The position numbers and the translations under genes are program-made. DNA of 64,000 nucleotides from a bacterium (GTDB taxonomy: Bacteria; Krumholzibacteriota; Krumholzibacteriia; G020349025): assembly GCA_031362565.1 (NCBI GenBank), contig JANLSU010000067.1, positions 44,742-108,741 of the forward strand, written 5' to 3'. The notes below the pieces were generated by a model. It did not search any database. It saw only the letters and a program-made list of their open reading frames with translations, and was not told where the DNA came from. Below, one piece after another: positions 8,325-19,620 of the stretch (positions are counted from its first letter, which is position 1; each line of letters opens with the position of its first letter).

Positions 8325-9623
8325 GTGGATCTCGATTCGTTCTGGGGGGTGCAACTGGGGCGCGTGGTGCTCATGTGGCTTCTGCCGCTCTTGCTGTTGC
8401 CGCTCATGATCTGGTTCGAGCGCAAGGCGAGCGCCTTCATGCAGGATCGCACCGGTCCGAATCGCGCCGCCATCGCCGGCGTCCGCCTGGGCGGCATCAT
8501 CCACACCATGGCCGACGTGCTCAAACTGCTCAGCAAAGAGGACATCCGGCCGGTGAACGTCAACGGGTTCTATTTTGCCCTCGCACCGCTCATCGCCATC
8601 GTCGTGTCGCAGTTGCTGTTCGTCGTCGTGCCGTTCGGCGACGCGATCGACGTCGGCGGCCAGACGATTTCGCTGCAAGCCTTGCATCTCGACATCGGCA
8701 TCCTGTACCCGCTCGCGGTGGGTTCGGTGTATGTGTACTCCATCGTCTTGGCCGGCTGGGCTTCGAACAACAAGTACGGCATCTTGGGCGGGTTGCGGGC
8801 GGCAGCGCAGGTCGTGAGCTACGAAGTCGCGCTCGGGTTGTCGATCGTCGGCGCGCTCATGGTGTACGGCACGACCGACTTGAACGAAATGGTGCGCTAC
8901 CAGGGCGGCCTGCTGTTCGGATTCCTGCCGCGCTGGGGCATTTTCCTGCAGCCGATCGGGGCCCTGCTCTTCCTCGTCGCGGCGTTCGCCGAAACCAACC
9001 GCACGCCGTTCGACTTGCCGGAGCGCGACGCCGAACTGGTCGCCGGCTTCCACACCGAGTATTCCGCCATGCGCTTCGCGTCCTTCTTCATGGCCGAGTA
9101 CATCCATATCATCGTTGCTTCAGGGCTCGTCGTGACGCTCTTCTTCGGCGGCTGGCAGATCCCGTGGCTCTCGACCGAAACCTTGCGCGCCAATGCCGGT
9201 ATCGTTCTCGACGTCATGCTGGGCGGCTTGGTCGTGGTGGGCTTCGGTTCCGCGGCGCTCGCGATGCGTTGGTCACCGTCCCTTATGCGGCAGTTCCAGG
9301 ATTTGCGCCGCCATGAGGGTAAGGTGCTGGCGACACTGTTCGGCGGCCTTGGCGCCCTCGGGTTGCTCGGCTTAGGGCTCGTGCACACCCAAGTCGGCGT
9401 GCTGCCGGACTGGGCGGCGAGCGCGCTGGCTGCACTGGCGCAATTCAGTGCCTTTACCGCCAAGACCATGCTCTTCGCGTTCGGGTTCATCTGGGTGCGC
9501 TGGACGCTCCCCAGCTTCCGCTACGACCAGCTCATGCGGCTCGGCTGGAAGAACATGATGCCCGTGGCTCTCGTGAATGTCGCCTTGACCGGCCTGGTAC
9601 TGCTCGCAGTGGGAGGCCGCTGA
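8325..9623 (+). CDS. nuoH: NADH-quinone oxidoreductase subunit H (with extra hydrophobic insertion)
   Basis: ERKASAFMQDRTGPN, ADVLKLLSKEDI, GWASNNKY, AETNRTPFDLPE, IWVRWTLPSFRYDQLM. Confidence 0.96.
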   Translation: MDLDSFWGVQLGRVVLMWLLPLLLLPLMIWFERKASAFMQDRTGPNRAAIAGVRLGGIIHTMADVLKLLSKEDIRPVNVNGFYFALAPLIAIVVSQLLFVVVPFGDAIDVGGQTISLQALHLDIGILYPLAVGSVYVYSIVLAGWASNNKYGILGGLRAAAQVVSYEVALGLSIVGALMVYGTTDLNEMVRYQGGLLFGFLPRWGIFLQPIGALLFLVAAFAETNRTPFDLPERDAELVAGFHTEYSAMRFASFFMAEYIHIIVASGLVVTLFFGGWQIPWLSTETLRANAGIVLDVMLGGLVVVGFGSAALAMRWSPSLMRQFQDLRRHEGKVLATLFGGLGALGLLGLGLVHTQVGVLPDWAASALAALAQFSAFTAKTMLFAFGFIWVRWTLPSFRYDQLMRLGWKNMMPVALVNVALTGLVLLAVGGR

Positions 9624-10147
9624 TGGCCATCGATCGGGCCGATCTGTACACGCGTTTGGGCGTCAAACCGGAAGAGGTCACGGTCGTCCGGCCGGAGCCC
9701 AGCATCCTCACGCGCCTGTACATCTTCGAGATCATCAAGGGCATGGGCATCACCATGCGCCACATGCTCTACAACATGTTCCATCAAGGGCAGATGCCGA
9801 CGCTGCAGTTTCCGGAACTGCGGCGCACCCTGCCGCCGCGCTTCCGCGGCCGGCACCGGCTGATGAAGAAGGAAGACGGCACGCCGCGCTGTGTGGCCTG
9901 CATGATGTGCCCGACGGCCTGCCCGGCGGATTGCATCCATATCGAGGCGGCCGACAGTCCGGATCCGCGGGTCGAAAAGATTCCGGTGCGGTTCGAGATC
10001 GATCTCATGCGGTGCATCTTCTGCGGTTACTGCGTCGAGGCGTGCCCCAAGGACGCCATCCGCATGGACACCGGGCTCTTTACCGACATGGCGGCGACGC
10101 GGCGCGAAGATTTCGTTTTGACGATGGACAAAATGCTGTCCGAGTGA
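9623..10147 (+). CDS. nuoI: NADH-quinone oxidoreductase subunit I
   Basis: Two 4Fe-4S motifs CVACMMCPTACP and CIFCGYCVEACP; RFRGRH. Confidence 0.96.
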   Translation: MAIDRADLYTRLGVKPEEVTVVRPEPSILTRLYIFEIIKGMGITMRHMLYNMFHQGQMPTLQFPELRRTLPPRFRGRHRLMKKEDGTPRCVACMMCPTACPADCIHIEAADSPDPRVEKIPVRFEIDLMRCIFCGYCVEACPKDAIRMDTGLFTDMAATRREDFVLTMDKMLSE

Positions 10148-10161
10148 CGAAGCGAGGGGCC

Positions 10162-10656
10162 TTGGAACGCGTGCTGTTCTATCTGTTCGGCGGGCTCGCC
10201 GTACTGTCGAGTCTCTCGATGGTGACGCGGCGCAATCCGCTCGGCAGTGCCCTGTCGCTCGTCGTGGCATTCCTGTCGCTGGCGGCGCTCTACGCCGTGC
10301 TCAAGGCGCATCTCCTGTTCGCGATTCAACTCTGGGTGTACGCCGGCGCGGTCATGGTGCTGGTGCTCTTCGTCATCATGCTGCTCAACTTGCGGGAAAG
10401 CGAATCGCGCCCGCAGCCGCTCGGGTTCGGGCGCTTCGCGATCGCCACCGTAGCGGTGGCCGGCGTGGGTTGGAAGGCGCTGTCGGTATTCGCCGAACAG
10501 ACCGGTGACGCGGTCACGGTCGACGACAGCTTCGGCACCGTAGCCGGGGTGGGCGAAGTGCTGTTCACCCGCTGGGTGTTGCAGTTCGAGGTCGTGTCGA
10601 TCCTGCTCTTGGCAGTGATCGTGGCCGTCGTGGTGCTCGTCAAACGGCGCGCCTGA
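10162..10656 (+). CDS. nuoJ: NADH-quinone oxidoreductase subunit J
   Basis: [40 protein letters not shown]; start approximate (TTG 10162). Confidence 0.94.
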   Translation: MERVLFYLFGGLAVLSSLSMVTRRNPLGSALSLVVAFLSLAALYAVLKAHLLFAIQLWVYAGAVMVLVLFVIMLLNLRESESRPQPLGFGRFAIATVAVAGVGWKALSVFAEQTGDAVTVDDSFGTVAGVGEVLFTRWVLQFEVVSILLLAVIVAVVVLVKRRA

Positions 10657-10666
10657 GGGAGCAGTG

Positions 10667-10969
10667 ATGGTCGGACTCAACGAATGGCTCATCCTGAGCG
10701 GCATCCTGTTCCTGATCGGGGCCGTGGGTGTGCTGACGCGTAGCAACGGGCTCATTCTGTTCATGTCGCTGGAACTCATGCTGAACGCGGTGAACTTGAG
10801 CTTTGTCGCCTTTTCGCGTTTCACCGGCCGCATGGACGGACAGGTGTTCGTGTTCCTGGTGACGGCCGTCGCGGCCTCCGAGGCGGCGATCGGACTGGCG
10901 ATTTTCGTGAATCTGTTCCGCCTGCAAAAATCGGTCGACGTGGATCAGTTGAACTCGATGGGGGACTAG
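10667..10969 (+). CDS. nuoK: NADH-quinone oxidoreductase subunit K
   Basis: [30 protein letters not shown]. Confidence 0.96.
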   Translation: MVGLNEWLILSGILFLIGAVGVLTRSNGLILFMSLELMLNAVNLSFVAFSRFTGRMDGQVFVFLVTAVAASEAAIGLAIFVNLFRLQKSVDVDQLNSMGD

Positions 10970-12949
10970 GTGGAGTCCGGGCTCCTGTGGCTCATTCCGG
11001 CGGCGCCGCTCGCCGCCTTCGTGGTGAACGGCAGCGTGTCGCTGGCGACGTCGCGCCCGGGACGGCACGCGCCCCACGGGCTCGTGCACGCCGTCGCGTG
11101 TCTGGGACCCGGCATCGCGTTCTTGGTGTCGGTGTGGACTTTCTGGCAGTTGCACGGCATGCCCGAAGGCTCGCGGGTCTTGACCCAGCACGTCTACGAG
11201 TGGATTTCGTCCGGCAGCCTGCAGATCGATGTCGCCTTCCGGATCGACCCCTTGTCGGGGTTGATGCTGCTCTTCGTGACCGGCGTCGGGACGCTCATTC
11301 ACATCTACTCGACGAGTTACATGCACGAAGAGCGCGGCTTCGCGCGCTACTTCACGTATCTCAACTTGTTCATGTTCGCGATGCTGATCCTCGTCCTGGC
11401 CGACAGCCTGCCGCTCCTCTTCGTGGGTTGGGAAGGCGTCGGGCTCTGTTCGTACTTGCTCATCGGCTATTGGTACGACGATCCCGAGAAGGCGTCGGCC
11501 GGCAAGAAGGCCTTCGTCTTCAACCGCATCGGTGACTTCGGCGTGCTGCTCGCCATGTTCCTCATTTTCTGGACGCTGTCACGCGCCGGCGCTCCGAGCC
11601 TGCGCTTCGAGGACATTCGCGCCCACTTGGACGCTTTCTCCCCCGGTGTTGCGACCGCGGTGTGTTTGCTGCTCTTCCTGGGCGCGACGGGGAAATCGGC
11701 GCAGATTCCGCTCTTCGTGTGGCTGCCGGACGCCATGGCGGGCCCGACACCGGTCTCGGCGCTCATTCATGCCGCCACCATGGTGACGGCCGGCGTCTAT
11801 CTCGTGGCGCGGCTCGGCTTCTTGTACGCGCTGGCGCCGATGGCGCTCTCGATCGTGGCCCTGGTCGGCGCCACGACGGCGGTCGTGGCGGCATCCATTG
11901 GTGTGGCGCAGAACGACTTCAAGAAGGTGCTGGCTTACTCGACCGTGAGCCAGCTGGGCTACATGTTCGTGGGCGTCGGCGTCGGCGCCTACGGCGCCGG
12001 TATTTTCCACGTCTTTACCCACGCCTTCTTCAAGGCCTGCTTGTTCCTGGGTTCGGGTTCGGTCATTCACGCTCTGCACGGTGAACAGGACATTCGCAAC
12101 ATGGGTGGCCTGCGCAAGGTCATGCCGGTCACCTTCTGGACCTTCTTGATCGCGACCTTGGCGCTCGCCGGCATTCCGCCGCTCGCCGGTTTCTTCAGCA
12201 AGGACGCCATCCTGTGGGAAGCGCTATCGCGCCCCAACGTGGTGTGGCCGTGGCTGCCGAAACTGCTCTGGGCGATGTTGCTCTTGGGAGCGTTCCTGAC
12301 TGCGTTCTATATGTGGCGTTTGGTGGCGCTGGCTTTCTTCGGCACGTTCCGCGGCACCAAGGAAAAACTGCATCACGCCCACGAGTCCCCATGGCCGATG
12401 GCGATGCCGCTCGTCGTCCTGGCGGCCTGCAGCGTCATCGTTGGATTCTTCGGGGTGCCGGGGTTCCTGGGCGGTTCGAATGCCATCGATCACTGGCTCG
12501 AACCGGCCTTTGTGGCTGAAGGCCATACTGCCGTTGCCGCCGTGGCGGAACACGCGGCGCATTCCGCCGCCGCCGAGTGGGGTGCGACCGGCGTCGCGAT
12601 GCTGATGGGGCTCTTGGGGATCGGACTCGGGCACTTGCTCTACGTGCGGCGGCCCGAACTCGCGACCCAATTGGCGGCGCGCTTCAGCGGCCTGCGCCGG
12701 GTGCTGGCCGCCAAGTACTACGTCGACGAAGCGTACGACGCCGTGGTCGTCCGCCCGGTGCGCATGCTGTCCGACCGGGTGCTGTGGCGCATCTTCGACG
12801 TGCGGATCATCGACGGCATCGTCAACCTTCTCGGCGGGCTCACCAAGGCCTTCTCGTACGTGTTCCGGTTCTTCCAGAGCGGCTACGTGCAGACCTACGT
12901 CTTCGTCGTGGTCTTGGGCGTGCTCGTCCTGCTCTGGCGCGTGAAGTGA
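10970..12949 (+). CDS. nuoL: NADH-quinone oxidoreductase subunit L
   Basis: GWEGVGLCSYLLIG, GKSAQIPLFVWLPDAMAGPTPVSALIHAATMVTAG, HAFFKACLFLGSG. Confidence 0.97.
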   Translation: MESGLLWLIPAAPLAAFVVNGSVSLATSRPGRHAPHGLVHAVACLGPGIAFLVSVWTFWQLHGMPEGSRVLTQHVYEWISSGSLQIDVAFRIDPLSGLMLLFVTGVGTLIHIYSTSYMHEERGFARYFTYLNLFMFAMLILVLADSLPLLFVGWEGVGLCSYLLIGYWYDDPEKASAGKKAFVFNRIGDFGVLLAMFLIFWTLSRAGAPSLRFEDIRAHLDAFSPGVATAVCLLLFLGATGKSAQIPLFVWLPDAMAGPTPVSALIHAATMVTAGVYLVARLGFLYALAPMALSIVALVGATTAVVAASIGVAQNDFKKVLAYSTVSQLGYMFVGVGVGAYGAGIFHVFTHAFFKACLFLGSGSVIHALHGEQDIRNMGGLRKVMPVTFWTFLIATLALAGIPPLAGFFSKDAILWEALSRPNVVWPWLPKLLWAMLLLGAFLTAFYMWRLVALAFFGTFRGTKEKLHHAHESPWPMAMPLVVLAACSVIVGFFGVPGFLGGSNAIDHWLEPAFVAEGHTAVAAVAEHAAHSAAAEWGATGVAMLMGLLGIGLGHLLYVRRPELATQLAARFSGLRRVLAAKYYVDEAYDAVVVRPVRMLSDRVLWRIFDVRIIDGIVNLLGGLTKAFSYVFRFFQSGYVQTYVFVVVLGVLVLLWRVK

Positions 12950-12964
12950 AATAAGGGAGCGTTC

Positions 12965-14527
12965 GTGGGTCTCTTGTCGTCCATCGTGTTCTTGCCGACG
13001 GTGTTCGCACTGGCGCTGCTCCTCATGCCGCGCGGCAACGACCGCGCCGTGCGAGTGCTGGCGCTGGTCGGCATGCTGGTGGATTTCGCGGCCGCTCTGG
13101 TGCTCCTGGCCAGATTTGGGACCGGCAGCGGCATGCAGTTCGTCGAACGGGTGCCGTGGATCGAACACTTCGGCATCGAGTACCACTTGGGCGTCGATGG
13201 GATCAGCCTGTGGCTCGTGGTGCTGACGGGCTTCATCGCGCCGCTCGCCGTGCTCGGTTCCTGGAAGGGAATCTCCGAGCGGGTGCGCGAGTTCCACGTC
13301 CTGTTGCTGCTCTTGCAAACCGGCATGATGGGCGTCTTCATGAGCTTGGATCTCTTCCTCTTCTACATCTTCTGGGAGATCACCCTCATTCCGATGTACT
13401 TCTTGGTCGGGATCTGGGGCCATGAACGGCGCTTGTACGCCGCCATCAAGTTCTTTGTCTATACGATGGCGGGATCGCTGCTCATGCTGGTGGCGATTCT
13501 GGCGCTCGTGCTGCAGCACCAGCAGCAGACCGGCGAGTACACGTTCAACGTGCTGCGCCTGTACGAGACGCATGTGCCGCAGTCCCAAGCGTTATGGTAT
13601 TTCGGCGCCTTCGCGGTGGCATTCGCGATCAAGGTGCCCATGTGGCCCCTGCATACCTGGCTCCCCGATGCGCACGTCGAAGCGCCGACTGCGGGCTCGG
13701 TCATCCTGGCGGCTATTCTGCTCAAGATGGGCTGTTACGGGTTCTTGCGCTTTGCGATCCCGCTCTTCCCCGAAGCCGCCATGGCCATTTTGCCGGTGCT
13801 CTTCATCTTGCCGGTCGTGGGGATTGTCTATGGGGCGCTCGTCGCCATGGTGCAACCGGATCTCAAGAAACTCGTCGCCTATTCCTCGGTCAGCCACTTG
13901 GGCTTCGTCATGCTGGGTCTCTTTGCCTTCAATCGCCAGGGCCTGGAAGGCGCCCTCTACCAGATGATCAATCACGGTCTCTCGACCGGCGCCCTCTTCC
14001 TCATGGTGGGCATGCTGTACGAGCGCCGGCACACGCGGCAGATCGCGGCGTTCGGCGGCCTCGCGCAGAGCATGCCGGTGTATTCGACGGTGTTCGTGAT
14101 CGTCATGCTGTCCTCCATCGGGCTTCCGGGCCTGAACGGCTTCGTCGGTGAGTTCCTGATTCTGCTGGGCGCGTTCCACGAGGCGCGGCCGTACGCCATT
14201 GTCGCCACGACCGGCGTCATCCTGGGTGCCGTGTACATGCTGTGGGCGACGCAGCGCGTGTTGTTCGGCAAGCTCGATAAGGACGAGAATCGCAATCTGC
14301 CCGACCTCGGCCGGCGCGAACTCGCCGTTTTGGTGCCGCTCGTGGTGATGATTCTGGTGATGGGCGTCTATCCGAAACCGTTCTTGTCGCGGATGCACGA
14401 CGCCGTTGGCGACTTGATGGCGCACGTCGAGTCACGGGTCGAGAACCAGCGCCGGGCTGACCTTGCACCTCCGGCCCCCTGGGATGTCGCGCGCCAAGTC
14501 GATGCGACTGGAAAGGGGGCGCGATGA
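12965..14527 (+). CDS. nuoM: NADH-quinone oxidoreductase subunit M
   Basis: LGVDGIS, IKVPMWPLHTWLPDAHVEAPTAGS, KKLVAYSSVSHLG, GLPGLNGFVGEF. Confidence 0.97.
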   Translation: MGLLSSIVFLPTVFALALLLMPRGNDRAVRVLALVGMLVDFAAALVLLARFGTGSGMQFVERVPWIEHFGIEYHLGVDGISLWLVVLTGFIAPLAVLGSWKGISERVREFHVLLLLLQTGMMGVFMSLDLFLFYIFWEITLIPMYFLVGIWGHERRLYAAIKFFVYTMAGSLLMLVAILALVLQHQQQTGEYTFNVLRLYETHVPQSQALWYFGAFAVAFAIKVPMWPLHTWLPDAHVEAPTAGSVILAAILLKMGCYGFLRFAIPLFPEAAMAILPVLFILPVVGIVYGALVAMVQPDLKKLVAYSSVSHLGFVMLGLFAFNRQGLEGALYQMINHGLSTGALFLMVGMLYERRHTRQIAAFGGLAQSMPVYSTVFVIVMLSSIGLPGLNGFVGEFLILLGAFHEARPYAIVATTGVILGAVYMLWATQRVLFGKLDKDENRNLPDLGRRELAVLVPLVVMILVMGVYPKPFLSRMHDAVGDLMAHVESRVENQRRADLAPPAPWDVARQVDATGKGAR

Positions 14528-16110
14528 TCACCGTCCCGGCCTGGAACTCCGAAGTGTGGATGTTGCTCGCGCCCATGGTTGTGGTGTGTCTGACTGCCGT
14601 TCTGCAGTTGACACTCGATCTCATGGCCGGCGAGCGCCGCGTGCCGTCGGCATGGATTTCGATCGGTGGTCTGGCGATTGCAGGCGTGCTCGTGCTCGGG
14701 CGCTGGGAAGCGCCGCTCGGCCAGGCCGAGCGTGCCTTGGGCGGCGCCATCCGCATCGACAATCTCACCGTCTTCTTGACCGTCCTCATCCTGGGCGGTG
14801 CGGCGCTCGCGCTCGCGACCGCCGACGGCTATTTGGACCAGGCGAAGCGCGGCCAGCGCCCCGAGTTCCATGCGCTGGCCCTCTTTGCCGTCACCGGCAT
14901 GATGCTGCTGGTCGCCGCCGGCGAACTCATGACGCTCTTCCTGGCGCTCGAGCTCTTGTCGTTCCCGACCTACGTGCTCTGCGCCTTCCGGCGCGACCAG
15001 TTGAAATCGAGCGAGTCGGCTCTCAAGTACTTCGTGCTGGGCTCGTTTGCGTCGTCGATCTTCCTCTACGGCGTCGCCCTCATCTGGGGCTCGACGGGCA
15101 CGACGGTGATCTCGTCGCTGGCGGCGGCTCCCGAGAGTTCGCTCCTGCACTTGGGAACGCTGCTTCTCGTCGTCGGATTTCTGTTCAAGATTGGCGCGGC
15201 GCCATTTCACATGTGGGTGCCGGACGTCTATGAAGGCGCACCGACACCGGTCACGGCCTTCATGGCGACGACCGTCAAAGTGGCGGCGTTTGGCGCCTTC
15301 ATCCGGGTCCTCGTCGGCTTTGTGGTGACGCAGTCGATGCCGACCGCGACCGCACTTGCCGTCATCGCCGGCCTGACGATGATCGTCGGCAATTTGTCGG
15401 CGCTCACCCAGGACAACATCAAGCGCATGCTGGCCTTTTCGTCCGTGGCGCATGCGGGCTACATGCTCGTCGGTCTGGCGGCGGTGGCGCGATCGGGCTG
15501 GGATACGGGTGCCGTCGCCGTGCTCTACTACTTGGCGGCGTACGTGTTCATGAACATCGGCGCCTTCACGGTCGTAACACTCTTGTCGCGGAGCGCCGAA
15601 GGCGAACTGCAGTTCGATCGCGACTGGAGCGGGTCGGCCAGGCGTTATCCGTTCCTCGGCATCGCCATGACCATCTTCATGCTCGGCTTGGGCGGCATTC
15701 CGCCGACGGCGGGATTCTTCGGAAAATATTCGTTGTTCAAGGCCGCCATCGACGCCGGGATGATGCCGCTCGTCCTCGTTGCGATCCTGAACAGCCTGGT
15801 GTCGGTGTACTACTATCTGCGGGTGGTCGTCGCCATGTACATGCGCACCGAACGCACCGTGATCCCGGGGGTGCTGGAATCGCTCGCGCCGGCCCGCGCC
15901 CATGTGCTGCAGGGTCCGGGTGCGATGGCCGCCGAAGAAATGGTCGCACCGCCGCGCATGGCCGACGGTCGCGCCTGGATGGCAAACGCCGTCGTCGCCA
16001 TTTGCCTCTTCGCGACGCTCTGGCTCGGCATCGGCGCCAACCTCGGCGCACTCCCGGGTGTGTCGCGCGTCATCGATTGGGCGGAACTCGCGGCCTCGGC
16101 ATTGCGGTAG
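14524..16110 (+). CDS. nuoN: NADH-quinone oxidoreductase subunit N
   Basis: [56 protein letters not shown]. Confidence 0.96.
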   Translation: MITVPAWNSEVWMLLAPMVVVCLTAVLQLTLDLMAGERRVPSAWISIGGLAIAGVLVLGRWEAPLGQAERALGGAIRIDNLTVFLTVLILGGAALALATADGYLDQAKRGQRPEFHALALFAVTGMMLLVAAGELMTLFLALELLSFPTYVLCAFRRDQLKSSESALKYFVLGSFASSIFLYGVALIWGSTGTTVISSLAAAPESSLLHLGTLLLVVGFLFKIGAAPFHMWVPDVYEGAPTPVTAFMATTVKVAAFGAFIRVLVGFVVTQSMPTATALAVIAGLTMIVGNLSALTQDNIKRMLAFSSVAHAGYMLVGLAAVARSGWDTGAVAVLYYLAAYVFMNIGAFTVVTLLSRSAEGELQFDRDWSGSARRYPFLGIAMTIFMLGLGGIPPTAGFFGKYSLFKAAIDAGMMPLVLVAILNSLVSVYYYLRVVVAMYMRTERTVIPGVLESLAPARAHVLQGPGAMAAEEMVAPPRMADGRAWMANAVVAICLFATLWLGIGANLGALPGVSRVIDWAELAASALR

Positions 16111-16163
16111 GCGGCGGGATCCTGAGGCAATGCCGCCCCGGGCTTCCCCCATTGGGGCTTCAA

Positions 16164-17849
16164 GTGGCCGATCAACCACAACATCCCGCCGCGGGACCCG
16201 AATCGCCGCGCGCCCGCTGGGAGCGCGAAGTCTTGGCGCCGTACCTGGCGCGCCACCCCGAAAGCGCGCCGGAGTTCACCACCGGATCGCGCGCGCCGGT
16301 CGAGCGCTTGTACTCCGCCGTTGATCGCAGTGGCGCCGACGAAGAGCGCGATCTGGGCTACCCCGGCGCCTATCCCTTCACGCGCGGCCCCTACCCGACG
16401 ATGTATCGCGGCAAACTCTGGACCATGCGCCAGTACGCCGGCTTCGGCACCGCCGCCGAGTCGAATCGCCGCTATCACTACTTGCTGGGGCAAGGCCAGA
16501 CCGGCCTCTCGGTTGCCTTCGATCTCTGCACCCAAATTGGCTATGACTCCGACCATGCGATGGCGCGCGGTGAAGTCGGCAAGGTGGGCGTCGCGATCTC
16601 GACCATCGAAGACATGGAGACACTGCTCGCGGGGCTGCCGCTCGAGACCATCTCGACCTCGATGACGATCAATTCGACGGCGTCGACGTTGCTGGCGTTG
16701 TATCTCGTGGTGGCGCGCCGCCGTGGCGTCGCCTGGACGGCACTTCGCGGCACGGTGCAGAACGACATTTTGAAGGAATACGTGGCGCGCGGCACCTACA
16801 TCTATCCGCCCGGGCCGTCGATGCGGCTCATCACCGATATGTTCGCGTTCTGCGCCAAGGAAGTGCCGGAGTGGAACCCGATCAGCATTTCCGGCTATCA
16901 CATTCGCGAAGCGGGCTCGACGGCGGCGCAAGAGATCGCCTTTACGCTCGCCGACGGGATCGCCTACGTGCAGGCCGCGCTCGACGCCGGACTCGACATC
17001 GATGCCTTCGCGGGCCGGCTGTCGTTCTTTTTCAACGCTCACAATGATCTCTTGGAGGAAGTCGCCAAGTTCCGCGCCGCCAGGCGCCTGTGGGCGCAGA
17101 TCATGCGCGAGCGCTTCGGCGCCAAAAGGCCGGCGTCGTGGGCGCTCCGCTTTCATGCCCAGACGGCGGGCGTGACGCTGACCGCGCAGCAACCGGAAAA
17201 CAACGTCGTCCGCGTAACGATTCAGGCGCTGGCCGCCGTCTTGGGCGGTGCCCAGAGCTTGCACACGAACTCGCGTGACGAAGCGCTGTCGTTGCCGACC
17301 GAAGAAGCGGCGCGCATCGCGCTTCGCACTCAGCAGATCCTGGCGCACGAATCAGGCGTCGCGCACACGATCGATGCGCTCGGCGGCTCGTACGCCATCG
17401 AAACGCTCACCGACCGGCTCGATGCCGAAGCCCGCGCCCTCATCGCCGCCGTCGATGCGCGGGGCGGCATGGTGGGTGCCATCGAGCAAGGCTGGGTCCA
17501 GCGTCAAATTCAAGACGCGGCGTACGACTTGCAGAAGGAAATCGATACCGGGGCGCGCGTCGTCGTCGGGGTCAACCGGTATCGCGACGACACAGCGAAC
17601 GGTGTACCGATCATGCGCGTCGATCCGAAGCTCGAACGCGAGCAGGTGGAGCGGGTGCGCCGTTTCCGCGCCCAGCGTGAGCCCGGTGCGGTCCGCGCTT
17701 CGCTCGACTGGCTGCGGCGCGCTGCCGTCTCGGATGAGAACCTCATGCCGGCCCTCGTCGAATGCGTCGATCGGAACGTCACGCTGGGCGAGATCGCCGA
17801 CGCGCTGCGCGAGATCTTCGGCGAGTATCATGAAAACGTCGTCGTCTAA
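16164..17849 (+). CDS. Methylmalonyl-CoA mutase, substrate-binding (large) subunit
   Basis: [66 protein letters not shown]; start approximate (GTG 16164). Confidence 0.93.
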   Translation: MADQPQHPAAGPESPRARWEREVLAPYLARHPESAPEFTTGSRAPVERLYSAVDRSGADEERDLGYPGAYPFTRGPYPTMYRGKLWTMRQYAGFGTAAESNRRYHYLLGQGQTGLSVAFDLCTQIGYDSDHAMARGEVGKVGVAISTIEDMETLLAGLPLETISTSMTINSTASTLLALYLVVARRRGVAWTALRGTVQNDILKEYVARGTYIYPPGPSMRLITDMFAFCAKEVPEWNPISISGYHIREAGSTAAQEIAFTLADGIAYVQAALDAGLDIDAFAGRLSFFFNAHNDLLEEVAKFRAARRLWAQIMRERFGAKRPASWALRFHAQTAGVTLTAQQPENNVVRVTIQALAAVLGGAQSLHTNSRDEALSLPTEEAARIALRTQQILAHESGVAHTIDALGGSYAIETLTDRLDAEARALIAAVDARGGMVGAIEQGWVQRQIQDAAYDLQKEIDTGARVVVGVNRYRDDTANGVPIMRVDPKLEREQVERVRRFRAQREPGAVRASLDWLRRAAVSDENLMPALVECVDRNVTLGEIADALREIFGEYHENVVV

Positions 17850-17864
17850 GGCGGAGGACGCAGT

Positions 17865-18272
17865 GTGACTTCAGAAGCGCGGCGCATCCGGGTGCTCGTC
17901 GCCAAACCCGGCCTGGACGGCCACGACCGGGGCGCCAAGTTCATCGCGCGGGCTTTCAAGGAAGCCGGCATGGAAGTCATTTATACCGGTATTCGCCAAA
18001 CCCCCGAGGCCATCGTCACGGCCGCGATCCAGGAGGACGTCGACGCCATCGGGCTCTCGATCCTCTCGGGCGCCCACCGGGAATTGTTTCCGGATATCAT
18101 GCAGCGCCTGCGCGACCAGGGCGCCGGCGACATTCTGGTGTTCGCGGGCGGCGTGATCCCGGACGAAGACCGGGAGTTTTGTCGGAAGCTCGGCGTTGGC
18201 GCCGTCTTCGGCCCGGGGACTTCGGCGGACGAAGCGATCGAATTCGTACGGACACACGTGCGCCCCGCGTGA
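17865..18272 (+). CDS. Methylmalonyl-CoA mutase, cobalamin-binding (small) subunit
   Basis: [10 protein letters not shown] (DxHxxG), [20 protein letters not shown]. Confidence 0.94.
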   Translation: MTSEARRIRVLVAKPGLDGHDRGAKFIARAFKEAGMEVIYTGIRQTPEAIVTAAIQEDVDAIGLSILSGAHRELFPDIMQRLRDQGAGDILVFAGGVIPDEDREFCRKLGVGAVFGPGTSADEAIEFVRTHVRPA

Positions 18273-18301
18273 CGGCGCGGCGCACCTTGAAGGGAACGGC
18301 T

Positions 18302-18757
18302 GTGAACGATCAGATGCCGAGTGTGGGCGTCGAAGTATTGCCGCATGGCGCCGGGTTGCCGCCTTTGGCGCCGATGACCGGTGGCGCCGCGGGCTACGAC
18401 CTACGCGCCGCGGTGACGGAAGATCTCGTACTCGAGCCGGGCGAGGCGAGGCTCGTGCCGACCGGCGTGCGGCTCGAGATCCCGGTGGGGTTCGAAGCGC
18501 AAGTGCGGCCGCGGAGTGGTCTCGCGCTCCGCGACCGCATCGGCGTCCTCAACAGTCCAGGAACGATCGATAGCGATTATCGCGGCGAGGTGCAGGTCAT
18601 TCTGTTCAACTTCAGCACCACTGCCTATCGCGTCACCCGCGGCGCCCGCGTCGCGCAACTTGTCTTCGGGCGCGTCTTCCGGCCCGAACTCGAACCACGC
18701 GTGTTGGCGGAAACGGAACGCGGCGGCGGCGGTTTCGGTTCGACCGGAGCGAAGTGA
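18302..18757 (+). CDS. dut: dUTP diphosphatase
   Basis: AAGYDLRA, QVRPRSGLA, NSPGTIDSDYRGE, RVAQLV, RGGGGFGSTG. Confidence 0.97.
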   Translation: MNDQMPSVGVEVLPHGAGLPPLAPMTGGAAGYDLRAAVTEDLVLEPGEARLVPTGVRLEIPVGFEAQVRPRSGLALRDRIGVLNSPGTIDSDYRGEVQVILFNFSTTAYRVTRGARVAQLVFGRVFRPELEPRVLAETERGGGGFGSTGAK

Positions 18758-19587
18758 ACCGAGCGGTTGGCGCCGCGCCGGATGCCATGCAGACGTTCCC
18801 AGCCATACTCGCGTACCACAAAGTCGGCACCCCGGAGATGGGCGGCACCTGGTGCACGCGCCGGCAGTTGCGCGCCCAGTTGGCGGCACTCACCGCCGGC
18901 GGCTGGGCGTTCGTGGACGCGGCGACTTTCGAGCGCCGCATCGACGCCGGTACATTTCCATCCGCCGCCCATGAAGTCCTGATGACCTTCGACGATGCCT
19001 TTGCGAGCTTCGGCGCCCACGCCTGGCCCGAACTCGAGCGCGCCGGCGCGCCGGCGATCGTTTTCGTCGTGAGCGAGTTCGTTGGGCAGCGCTCGTCGTG
19101 GGACTGGCCGCTCCCGGGACGGCGGGTGCCGCATCTCGATTGGGCGGAACTTCGCGCCCTGGCCGCCGCCGGCGTCACGATCGGCGCGCACAGCGCGACG
19201 CATCGCGACCTGCGGCGTCTCGATGATCACGATCTCGACGCCGAATTGCGCGGTGCCCGCATCCGTCTCGAAGATGGACTCGGTGTCGCGATCCGGAGCG
19301 TCGCCTATCCCTTCGGCCGTTCGGATGCGCGCGTGCATGCGGCAACGCGCGCCGCCGGCTACACGCTCGGTTTCTCCATGTGTCCACCGACTGGGACCGC
19401 CGATCGCTGGGCGCTCCGCCGGCACGGCGTATATGTCATCGATTCACCCCGCACCGTCCTCGACAAGGTCGACGCCGCGCGCCCGGGCCACGCCTGGCAA
19501 GATCGCACCGAGCGCGCCATCAACGCCTGCGCGGCGCTGGTGAGCGGCACAGTCGGCAGGCCACGGCGGACGGAGAGTGTCCTTTGA
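18754..19587 (+). CDS. Polysaccharide deacetylase (NodB/CE4 family)
   Basis: ILAYHKV, MTFDDA, IGAHSATH, AYPFG motifs; GTGA overlap with dut. Confidence 0.88.
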   Translation: MNRAVGAAPDAMQTFPAILAYHKVGTPEMGGTWCTRRQLRAQLAALTAGGWAFVDAATFERRIDAGTFPSAAHEVLMTFDDAFASFGAHAWPELERAGAPAIVFVVSEFVGQRSSWDWPLPGRRVPHLDWAELRALAAAGVTIGAHSATHRDLRRLDDHDLDAELRGARIRLEDGLGVAIRSVAYPFGRSDARVHAATRAAGYTLGFSMCPPTGTADRWALRRHGVYVIDSPRTVLDKVDAARPGHAWQDRTERAINACAALVSGTVGRPRRTESVL

Positions 19588-19613
19588 CCACGGTGCGATT
19601 CCAGGCGTAGTAT
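19584..19613 (+). promoter_or_regulatory. Promoter giving a probable leaderless transcript
   Basis: TTGACC (19584-89), 18 bp, TAGTAT (19608-13), 7 nt, GTG 19621; no SD. Confidence 0.55.
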
Positions 19614-19620
19614 CCCCAGT

